Shown one piece after another: positions 43,060 through 54,330 of a DNA stretch of 64,000 bases. The notes under the pieces are model-generated. The model searched no databases. It saw nothing but the letters and a program-made list of their open reading frames with translations, and was not told the origin of the DNA. The number at the start of each line of letters is the position of its first letter. Position 1 is the stretch's first letter. A program made the position numbers and the translations under genes. Origin of the DNA: Chlorokybus atmophyticus. Its lineage: Eukaryota > Plantae > Mesostigma and Chlorokybus algae. Location: the NCBI GenBank assembly GCA_009103225.1, contig RHPI01000260.1, positions 444,203-508,202 on the forward strand, written 5' to 3'.

Positions 43060-45913
43060 ATGATGGATCGCGGCGGGGCTGCGGCGGTCGGGGGAATGGC
43101 GAAGTGGTTTTACTGTCAGCTGTGCCAGCACCCGCTGGATGTCTCCGTGCAGGGCGACGCCGCTGGCCTGGACAAGTCCACCGCCAACGGTGCGTGCGAT
43201 CATTGCGTCATTGCTATGCTTCGTAGCTTCTTGCAAGTATTTTGGTGAGCAAGCTGGAGAATTCTCGGTTTTGCTCAGGATCCGCTGCAGCCTGGCCGTC
43301 GAATGCCACCACGCCCAACTCGCGTACTTGCAGCAATTCTCACAGCAATTGCCGCTTAAGTTGCTGCAATTCCAATTATGTTCGTCAGTCAGTGTAGTAG
43401 GTGTCAATTCTGTATAGCATGTCTCTAGCATGTAAAGGAAGTGCAGTACTTGACCTTCTGCATTGAGAGCATACTGAATTCCCCTCCCACGCCAGCAGGC
43501 TGGGCAGCGAGCGTGATGAACAGCGCCATGGGGGCCTCCCGCCTTGACCACTCCTTTGTGGTTTTACCGGTGAAAGAAAGGGGCGGACAGGCGCCATCGC
43601 CGACATCAGTAGCAGCAGCTTCAACTCCGCGGCCATCTGCAGCACCAGTGGCGCAGCCGCCCGCACACTTGCACTCGCATGTGAGAGGACACGTGGCTCT
43701 CTTCATGCAATCTGTGTATATTGATGTGTGAGCTCATCCGTGATTGGTTGACACTCGCTGAGTCTCAGTCAGACACTTGCTCGTGTGCTCTTTGCGGCAT
43801 GCAATGTGTTGAGCTACAGCTGGCTTGTAACAACAGCATTGTTTTTATTGCTGAACACTGCCCGACTCAATTGTTTTGGTTAGCCTTCCCCTATGCTGGC
43901 CACAGCATTGTGTGCGTTGGGAGGCTACATCCATTCAGACTCATGCAGTGTGTGCAACTTGTTCAAGCTTGTCACGGAGTACATGTGTACACGGTTGTGC
44001 CTTGGTATGTCCTGGTTGCGCAGTCTCAATCGTGGAGGACAGGTCTTTTCTGGCCGGACTGAGTGGCTTTGTTAACGTGAAGCTGCTCCACTTTGTGCGC
44101 AGCCGCCTTCTGCAGTGTATCCCGCGCACCGCAATGTGGAGGAGTCATTTGTCGTTCTGCCCTCATCTGCGTCAATATACCGCCACGAGAGGCAGGAGCA
44201 CAGTGGAGCAGCTTCAACACCTCGTCACGGCACAGCTGTCCAGCGTAACACACATTTCAATGCCAGCATTGATGCACAGATAAACGCGTTGGCACGCATC
44301 TTCGACATGGCTTCCACTGACACTCAGGTGACAAGTTAACTTTATGTGGAGTATGTATATGTGTATGGATATATTGATGAATGATTGATTGGATTCAGCA
44401 ATGTGTGGGATGTATTGCAGGTTGACCAGCCCCTGTGTCTCGATTGTTTGAAGGCGTTGGGTGCTGAGCTTGATGCTGAGTTTAAAGAGGGTTTGGAGGA
44501 GGCCAAGCAGTATGAGGACTTTCTCAACAAGTTGCGCATGCAGCCAGAGCCGGGTGTAAGCGAGGAGGAGTTGAAGAAGGACATGCGACGGGTGGGTTTC
44601 ATATGTTCTGGCAATGACTTCATTATGTACTAGGTCTGGTCCGTGCTTGTAGGCACCAGTGCTTTGCAGGCTGAGGAGGATGAAAAGAAGTTGCTCGCAA
44701 AGCTTGCTCAGGCAGACAGCGAGCATGCAGCCTTGCAGAAACAGCTGGCTGACTTGGACGCTCAGTCCAAGGAGCTTGATTTGCTGGAAGAAAGGTAATG
44801 TTCTTCGTACATTCTCAATGGTTGCTCGCCGCTGCACTTGGTTGGTCCTAACTAGGCAGTGACATTACAGGTACTGGCATGACTTCAACGACTTCAGGCT
44901 CCAGCTTTCAGACCACCAGGTTTGCTTCTGTTATAGCTGATGCTTGTGTTGTGGTCAGTATGAGGCGACGCTGGAATCCTGAGATATGCGATAATCACAG
45001 GAAGAGCGTGATGGCATAATTGCAAGAATGGACGTGGCCAATGCACAGCTGGAGGTTCGTACCATGCAACATCACAAATCGTTGGCTACTCGTATGCAAC
45101 CAACCTGTTGTCATGCGCTGTTGCAGGTGCTGCGCCATACAAGTGTCTTCAACGATGCCTTTTACATATGGCATCAAGGAGAGTTCGGCACGATCAATGG
45201 GTTCCGGTTGGGTCGTTTGCCAGGCGCACCAGTAAGGCTTATCCCTCACGTTTATGTTTGTGTATGAAATACATGCGTACCAACGCTGAAGTGCACAACC
45301 TATACAGGTTGAGTGGGACGAGTTGAACGCTGCGTGGGGTCAGGCGTGCTTGCTGCTGTACACAATGGCGCAGACGTGCAAGCTCAACTTCTCCAGCTAC
45401 AGGATACTCCCCCTTGGCAGCTTCCCGCGCATCGCCGACAGCCGGCACACGTATGAGCTGTTTGGCCCCGTCAACGTATTCTGGCGCAATCGCTACGACA
45501 AGGCCATGGTCCTGTTCCTGGCCTGCTTGAAGGAGTTTGCTGAGTTCGCCAATGCAAGGGACCGCGCGCGCGACCCACCACCCGACAAGTGCTTTGAGCT
45601 CCCGTACAAGTACGCCTGCGGTTGTGTCATGCATGAAACACAATGTGTGGTCTGAAGGGTAGTAAGGTGTTTTGGCTGAACGTATTGCTTGCGCAGGATT
45701 GAGGGTGACAAGGTTCACGGGTTGACAATTAAGCTGAGTTTCAACCGGGACGAGAAGTGGACGCGGGCGCTCAAGTACACGCTATGCAACTTGAAGTGGG
45801 CTCTTGCTTGGTTGACGAACAACCACAATTCTCCACCTACCTCCTCTTCGCCCTCGTCGGCTTCCCCAGATCAAAGCACATTGACCACAATGGAGGGCGT
45901 TCAGCCTAGGTAG
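43060..45913 (+). CDS. ATG6: Beclin-1 / ATG6 (VPS30), multi-exon
   Basis: FYCQLC; EESFVVL; VDQPLCLDC; coiled coil; [24 protein letters not shown]; [16 protein letters not shown]; [13 protein letters not shown]; [20 protein letters not shown]. Confidence 0.96.
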
Positions 45914-48542
45914 TTGCCTTGTTCATATGTTGTGTACATCTTGTAAATGAATGATGTCTTTCACTTGCAGGGTGAGCTTTTAAGGGTACTTGTGAGCACA
46001 GATATGTACAGGGCTGGCCGTCAGACACTAACAAAGTGCAGGTTCCCTTTAGATTATGCTTGAGCCGTTGTAAACAGAGCCAGCAAAGATAGCCATGTGA
46101 CTTGACTAGCGGTTACGAGCCGTATACTAGCCATTTCCCGCTCAATGCCCTTGGATCCGAACCGCTACTATGATTGATATAAAAATTACCGATGACGCGG
46201 GACACGTATGGATGTGCTGTGCGGCAACGACAGTGTGATGAAGGACGGTGTGTGTGCATGGTGTCAGAGCGCAAATAAGGGGTGTGAGGTGAGGACATGT
46301 TGATCAGGCTGTGTGGATTTGAGTTAAGAAACTTGAGGTAGTACGTGTACAAGAGATAATATGCTAGACTTGATGTGCGGCGCGATGGTATGGTCGTCCG
46401 CGAGCAACGTACTAGCGTACCAATGCACATCGGTGAGTAGTATCAGTGTGTTTGCTTACTTTCGCAACAACACAGATAGTGGCAAAACCGTATGTCACTC
46501 CCACAAGTTCAGCACTATCATAAGCACCATGCCAATACCAGACGATCGGGGCCAGATAAATGTACAAATGTAGATACATATGTAAGTATGTAGGCAGAAA
46601 CCACGTCATTTGCTATGAACAGCGTGCTCGGTCCTTACACATAGCGCCTCACACCGCGTCACACGTGCACATAGCGCGGGCGCACGCACGAGCACACACC
46701 GGCCCATCGGGCATCGCATGTGTGTAGTAGCACTTCTGCCTCCTGTACACACACGCACGCACAGGGGCACACAGTGCCGCACACCCACACCACTCCGTTA
46801 AGAAGTAGATATGAACAGGTAAACACGAAGTGAGCGCATGCATGTAGAGAGGAACAATTGCCCTTGCAGTGAGCGCATGCCATGCCATGCCATTGACCAA
46901 CTCTAACGTGCCTGTCTCCTAAGTGTTGGCATTGCACTCCTGTGACGACCGCCGCTGATGAGCTGTAGGTACTGGCACTGCAGGGTGGCGGCAGCGGCGG
47001 CGGCGGTTGTCCAGGTGTGCCTCGTCTTCGTCACATCCGTCCGAGTGCTTGTGCTGGAGCGGCGGTGCTGCTGACACGCCAGTTGCCCTGCAGTTACAGC
47101 CCAGCTGCGTCATCGCCTGCGTGTCCTGCTGCTGTGTCGTCTTTGTCCATCGTGAGTCGGTCGCCACCGCCGCTGCTTGCATCTAGCTGCATAGGCCTTA
47201 GGCACCACCCACCCAGCTGTCCCTCTGGTGTACATATGGTTTGCTGCCTGCTGGCTGCCTAGCCTGGCTGCAGTAAGTGAGTGAGCACGCTGCATGTGCT
47301 TGACTTTGTTCAGTTGATGAAGTAACGGCATCGACCAACTGTGCGCACTCAACAAATGCCAAAGAGAATCCCCCCACCCCCACCCACCCACCCACCCACC
47401 CCACCAGCTGTGTTATGCGCCAGATCTATTGAGCATTGCTGCTCTGCTCACCTTCTTTGCTTGCCGTTGCTGCCTAACGACATTTGCATTGCACTGTTCA
47501 CCTCCGCTTGCTGCCACGGCTGCCAAGTAAAGAACTTGCTCATGTGTCTCAGCAATGGAGGAATGCTTGTCCAGTCTGGATTTGCTGGCGAAGGTGTTGG
47601 CAAGGGTGGAGTTTGGGCACGACCTAGGACCTAGGGAGGTGCGCCTGCGTCTGCCGCTTCTGGCAACAGGCGGCGGAGGAAGAATCAGCTTTGGGAACGC
47701 CTATGCAAGGAGTATTACCCTGCCGCTCTAGAGTTATTGTTGTTGTTGTTGGCGGTCGTGGTGCTGTTGTTGTTACGCAGTCAAGTGGCTTTGTTGCACT
47801 TTCTGCCCAACAGACGTGTGTCATTTGCACGCATGCGCATGCAGGCCAGTGCATGCGGCAGCTACGTGTTTGCGTGTAGAGGCGTGCACGTGGTTGTGTG
47901 CGTGCGTGTGCATGTGTGCATCCGTGCAAAGCGTCCTGCTGTTGCCAATCAAATGTACAGGGGCTTACATCAAGCTGTTGTAACCGTAGTTTGCTGCTTT
48001 GCTGCTTCGTATGACAATGTGGTTTACGATGCCCTCACGTTGCCCCTCCTGCCTGCACACGAGATCAGTCAGAGCCAAGGAGGGTTTGTTCGGAAACAGC
48101 AATACTAGTATTGACAAGATTATTATCACACTGCAGGTGAGCGATTGGGGGTATGGCATCTCACACACGTACAAGCGATTGTTTGCGTTGCATACAAAAT
48201 CGCTCAAGTCGACGCCTTGGCACGGGCTGCATTGGGAAGAGCAACCGGAGTTTGTTTTACATCCTGCACATTCCACGGATGTGCTGCGGGCGCGTGATTC
48301 ACCACAGCATTGCTAATGAGGGAAGTAGCAACCATTGCATTGCACTGTCAGCTTACATCGTGTATGCATCTGTGCGTTGTGGTTCTGAGTTGTTATAAGT
48401 ATGCACAAGTGTGCGTGCCACACAGTTGTGCCTGTTTGCATACGGACATGGGCAATGGTATGCTTAAGTTGGTGAACATTGACAGTGCCACTGTCATCGT
48501 ATGCAATTGTGGTTCTAATTACAGGTGTTGCAGATTGTTTAG

Positions 48543-49400
48543 TTGGGGGCGGGCTTCAAGCCCTTTGCATATTCCTGCTGCGACCTCGCGTTTGAAGCTT
48601 GCGATTGCTTATGGGAGATGCTCAATTTTGACTGTAATACTTCACAACGGGATGGCGTGCTTGCTGAACTACAATAAGCGAAAATTGAGGACTCGGTGTC
48701 ATTCAGACCCACAGTCACGCGCAGCGTGCAGGACCCTGCAAAGACAGAAAAAGTACTCATCGCTGAAAAGTCACCCATTGAGCTTGACGGCATGATTGTG
48801 TTGATTACCGTGCATTTTGTGGTGAGTGAAGACATGTCAGCAATCCGACATGATGCTGAAGACCTGAACAGGCACGAGTGTGGTTCGAAGTCCGCTGTGC
48901 GCAAGTGCGTGAAAGACATTTTTGTCCGAGCCAGAGCTTGTGACATCGAACGTGATAACCCTAGCGATTCAGATGAGTATGAAGGCTACGCTCATCTACA
49001 CAACAACCCTCCCTTGCTGAGACGGTTATCGCCGACGGAACTCGGGAGGTTGTTGTGCATGGATAATGTGAGGTGGCATTGGACATGAGTAGTACCAAGT
49101 GCGCAGGTGACTGGACTGGACTAACATGGAGAATGTGCGACATCTTGAGCGTGCGCCTGGGCTGTGACCATCATGACTAATGAGGTGTTTGTGAGCGTCA
49201 TCGTGTTGTACAAAGTCTTGATCCGTCACAGGTGTCTGGCAGCGCAAGCGCCTACTGTACCAACTTATGCAGCGTGTCATCACATATACTACAAGAGGAC
49301 ACTTGCTTCAAGTTGCCTGATATGTAGTTGTACAAGGACATCATATCCTTGGAGCTGCCCTTTGCAGGCTTTTGCAGACTGAGCTGGTGTTGTGTGCATG
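48543..49400 (+). pseudogene. Coding-like stretch with in-frame stops, family not recognised
   Basis: One frame reads about 180 codons (48543-49088) with a single TAA near 48675, followed by stop-interrupted protein-like text. No recognisable motif. Confidence 0.3.
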
Positions 49401-50391
49401 CCAGCTGCGCGCTTCATGTAGTGCCTCCGCAAGGTACAAGGCATCAAAGGGTGCCTGGCTTACGCATTTGTACCTTCTTCATCACCATCATCCCACCTTG
49501 CAGCTCACCGCCCACCCGCCACCACAGGTGTACTCCTCAGTGCATGGCCATCGATGCCACTGGCGCCGAACCCAGCATTGCCGCAGTTACCGTCGCAGCA
49601 CCGTGCTCCATGATGGTCAATTTCTCAGCTTGCGCCTTGACCATTGACCAACCGCTACATCTCAACAGATAGCTTGTATGTATCAGCGCACGCATCTGCA
49701 TAAGCTGAAAAAGCTGAGGCTCAACCAACCTGCATGATTGGTGCGAGTTGCAGCTTGCCCTGGTGTATGCAATAAGCAGTGACGCCTTCAAAGATGGCGT
49801 TGAGAAGTGTCCAAAAGTCTAAACCACCTGTTGTGCAAGTACACAGCAGCAAGATACAGTGCACATGGTGGTTGCTGTGCATAGCAGTATCATGCCTGGT
49901 TGCTGGTGCGGTGTGCTGTGGTGTAGCGAGCGACTGGCGCTATGCGTTTGAAGAGTCAGTGGTAGGGTCATGTGTCCAGTTGCTGACATGGTACATCTGG
50001 TTGCACAAGTGTTGTACAAAAGGGGTATGCCACCATGTGTGAGCAGCAGCATGCATGCATACGCAGAGACACCGGCAAGACTGAGTGCATGGCCGCAACA
50101 CAGTATGCATAACTTACAATAAAGCTGCTAGGAAGCATGCTCAAGCGAAAAGGGGCCAGATGTGTTGCACACCAATACAATCAATGCATGCAAGCACACA
50201 CACACAAGCACACGCGAGCACACCCAGCATATGTCTGGTGGCAAACACCAGAATCAGAGTCCGCACAGTCCGCACCATTGGGGGAATATCAACAACAAAT
50301 AAGCATGCTCAGTCTTGAAGATTAACGTCATCAGCTCTGATGTTGTATTGCGCATCAATGAATTCATTTGCACTAACAATTGATCAAATGG

Positions 50392-53300
50392 TTAATGTTG
50401 CAAACTCCCATTGACAGCACCGTTGCTGAGATTGCTATCATTCTCAGCTACCACGGCTTTGGGTTTGCGAAGATACGTCCTTCGATACTTGTCATCAATA
50501 CCGACGAGATAGTACGTGCCTGGTGCTAGCGAGTCTACGCTTGTTGTAGGCTCGAAGCCGCACTTGCCATACCTTTGTTCCATCTGCTTCATTGCTGCAT
50601 CAAATTCCTCTGGTGTCGTCTGCAAACAGCAATAAAGGACTGAACAAACTTACCACAAGTTACACGCAGGCAAAGCAGTGAGTGCAAAACCAGTATTACC
50701 ATCTGTCTCTGCTTGAGCCGCGGCTCAATGTTCACCGCAGACGCAATGCCGTCAACAGACAACGGCAGCCTAGCTTCGCGCACCCGAAACGAGAACAGCG
50801 AGCACGCCAATCCACTTCCGTATGAGAACATCAGCACCCGCTTTCCAACCTGCGCGCAAGAGAGCGATGAGCCATGAGCCAACAGCAGGTAGACGCACTT
50901 GTGCTCTTCATGATGCTTACCAGATCTGATCGGGCCTGGTCGACTAAGGATGCAAGCCCTCCATACAATGCTGCAGTGTACATGTTGCCACATTGAGTTG
51001 GCAAAAGTGTGGAGGGTAGCACCTTGTCTTTGTATGAAGGCGCTGAAGCCGTCATGGCAGCCTGCGAAGCATTGCGTTGAACATGCTAAACAAGCCACTT
51101 CGCATGCTACTGTACTTGTGCAAATACTAACCTTTTCAAGTGCTCTATCCGAGTATGACTCCTCGCTTGTCAAATCTCTGAATGGGTATAGCGGTGACTC
51201 AGCATCATCCCTGCCAACAAGGTGAAACTCAATACCTGAACACCCATGCGCAATCGCACAATGGCATGAGCACAATAGCATACCTGTTTAGCCTCAAGAA
51301 ATCGTTGTACACAAGACGAGCGAAGCTCTTCTGCACAAGCTGCCATGACCACAGCAGTTTCAGTTCAGCCCATGCGCAACAATTGTAAACAAAGCAGCGA
51401 CATGACTGTATGAAATGAACAACTGACCTTGTTGTAGGGAGCGTGAAAGACGACATGCTCAGCATCTGCTAACGAAAACTGCTCCCCACCATTTCGCTTT
51501 TGATACCTAAGCAATCATAGGTAAGGTCCACGACAACAGGTCAGTGGCCGGCGATAACCAGGCACAACCACTTACTTTGAACAGTACGTGCTGTACGCCT
51601 TGTCCAATGCACTCAAGAAGCACATCTGAGTCAACTTGCCGTCCACAACCTGTAAAACAGGCCCTCAGCATTGTGACAATCGAGCCATGTGTCTGTCTCA
51701 TGCACATTAAGACAGTGCTGAACTGTGGAGGATCGGAGCTCAGAATGGTACCTAGAGCAATCACGGGTACTCATGTAAATCCCTTAATGGTATAACATCA
51801 ACGCTCCGCACTCCAATTGACACTCAGCATGCGCTGAGCAGTTTGAGCAAACGCATGTGTCTCTCTTATGCAAGATCTGGATACTACTTGATGCGATGGT
51901 GCGGAGCTCAGAATGGTACCTAGAGCAATCATGGGCAATCATGTAAATCCCTTAATGGTGTAGCATCATCGCTCCGCACTTGTTCTAATGCTCAGCATGC
52001 GGTGAGCGGTATTGCACAGCATCCGTCTATCAGGTTGACGCATACCGGATACTCAGAGTCCAGCTTTGGCTTATAGAAGTCCCATGTGTTCGCCATGTGA
52101 GAGGCTGTGTACTTTGCTTCAAGAGCCAAGGGTGCGTCTCTGCGCAAACGCAGCAAACGCCGTGAGGTCTTCTACTTTCAGTAAGCAGTGCATATGCTTT
52201 GGAGCAAACCGCTGCATGCACTGTACATACAGGAGCTGTTGCACCGTACGCGACCAGACACGTGTCTGTTCAATGTGACGACCAGGGCACAGGCTCTGCT
52301 ATGCAGTTTGACAACCAGCCTATGCCCTGGTTGTCAGTTGCTGAATGCGCGCAGACGGTGTATGGCAGACTGCACATGACCAAGACAGCGAGACACACTG
52401 TGCACAAACCTGCCCACCAGCATTGCCACTGCACCAGCTCCACTTGTAGGCCTCGCAGGACCCTCTGCATACACCTAGCAGAGAAATACATATTCATAAG
52501 CTTGTAGCAGAAGTCAGACTTGCTGCATATGGAGCTGTATGTTGCACATCCACTAGGTGCAAAAACGGAGTACAGAGTCGTACTTACAGCAATGTCGGCT
52601 GCTACCACTAGAGCATAGCGCCCGTCCCAGCCAGAGCTCTCCACCCAGTTGATTGCGTTGAACAAAGCAGCGGTGCCTGCATAGCATGCGTTCAAGCTGT
52701 CGATGCCCTGCACGTCGCTGTTACCAGACTCCTGCCCACACATGGATGCAGTTCAGCAAGCGATTACAAACAAACGCCAGGCTCATCAATGCTTGATAGA
52801 ACACTGCATGCTGCTCAAGACAAGCATGTAACAGAAGGCGGACGTGCTCTGCAAACTGAACTCACCTCAAACAGTGCCATCAATGACGATTTGATGGACT
52901 TGGACTTGTCCAGAATTGTCTCGCTGCCAACATCTAGTCGGCCAATGCTCCGTGGGTCAATGTCATACTTCTCAAACAGCGATTGGACGACAGTCAAACT
53001 GCAGAAAATGAACCATTGTCAAACAAGCGACCACAACCGGCGCCAGGAGCCATGTGACACTGTTCCAGTGCCACTGGCTCAACCAGTTCAACAAAGCAGG
53101 TGCATGCACCTGATGGAAACCACATCCTCACGGTCCGTGCAGTACGCAAGCATCTGCTGGCCCAAACCAATGGTGTATTTGCCTGTTGACACGCCATCAA
53201 ACACTTCCAAATCCGCCTGCACACAGAACCCGATAGGTAAACAATTGAGCAGGCAGCAGCAACGACTGCACGCATACATCGTGTCAACCGCAGACGTCAA

Positions 53301-53411
53301 GCAAAGGAAGCAGAAAACTACCTGCTTGATGGCCGTGTTGGGAAAGTACACCTCCATGGCCAGGATGCCCACATTCTCAGGACGAGCCGGGCCGGCTGCC
53401 GACTCCTGCAT
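50392..53411 (-). CDS. HMGS: Hydroxymethylglutaryl-CoA synthase, multi-exon
   Basis: [13 protein letters not shown]; [17 protein letters not shown] (catalytic Glu); [20 protein letters not shown] (catalytic Cys); [15 protein letters not shown]; FSYGSG; [16 protein letters not shown]. Confidence 0.96.
51734..51808 (-). ncRNA. Putative intronic box C/D snoRNA, copy A
   Basis: Minus strand: CGGAGC stem, degenerate C box (TTGATGT), guide TTAAGGGATTTA, D' ATGA, C' GTGATT, D CTGA, closing GCTCCG. Confidence 0.7.
51899..51979 (-). ncRNA. Putative intronic box C/D snoRNA, copy B (18S rRNA guide)
   Basis: 9-bp terminal stem GTGCGGAGC/GCTCCGCAC, C box GATGATG, guide TTAAGGGATTTA before D' ATGA, C' ATGATT, D CTGA. 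Lies inside HMGS intron 52045-51650. Confidence 0.78.
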
Positions 53412-54330
53412 GGTGATGGGGCAACTGTCCACCACGCCCTCTGCGTCTCCCGCTAAGTCTAGCAAGATGAACGCCTCTCTTAATGGCTGTCAGACAGCGT
53501 CACAAGCACATGCACTTGTACACGCGCGGCTCAACAGTATGGCAGCCAAAGTCTGCACCTTGCACTGCTTAGGCCTAGTGGCTTCTACTACGCTGAGCAT
53601 GCACGCAAGCTTTCCTGAGCACAACCCCACCTACACCACTACATCCATGATCAGCCTTCAGCTTCTCCGGCCAGCAGCAAGTAGTGGTGCTGTCGTCCTC
53701 AACGATGGCGGCGGCGGACGGCGGCGCACGACTCTTCCCGCCAGAATGACATTGAGGACTAGGGTTATGAAAGATCTCTGTAACTCGACGGCACCGTCAA
53801 CTGTTGACGTCCCGTGAACGCGTGAAACTGCAGGCGAGCAGTCACTGCCGTTAAGAGCACCGTTCCAGCACTGGCCTTTTTGCCAAGTTGGCATTTACGT
53901 GGAAGTTCACTCTGAGGGAGCTTCCCTGAAGGAACTTCCCTCGAAAAGGCGTCGTGCTGAGCTGTTTTTATGTACCATGCACGCTGCGTGCGGATAGGCA
54001 AATGTGTTTGTAACATCAAGTTTCATTCTCCGGGTTGTCCCCCTCTTCACTGCAGGCTTGAAAGTCCTTTCAGTTGTCAGACGTTGTAATACTTGTTTGA
54101 TGGGACTATTGGGAGTGCGGTGACCATGAAGACAATGAAAGAAATGTCTTAGCGCAAAATCAAGTTGCTGCTCACAAGCATTAAAGACCACAAAGACAAT
54201 GTAGCACAGTTGAGCACCACTACACTATCCTCAAAAATTGATGCAACAATAGTATTACAACGGCACCAATCGTGACCGCATACTACTCAACCAACCAACA
54301 TTGCAACTTTGACATATACTCAACACCAAG

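Noticed and set aside
48660-48690. Non-standard code (TAA/TAG = Gln, as in some ulvophytes) to explain in-frame stops
   Set aside because: CYC6, ATG6 and USP end in TAG and ALDH3 and HMGS in TAA, and conserved exons contain no internal TAR codons.
52789-53817. 342-aa plus-strand ORF, and similar antisense ORFs over ARM, USP and kelch exons
   Set aside because: Shadow frames of well-supported opposite-strand genes, with no protein motifs.
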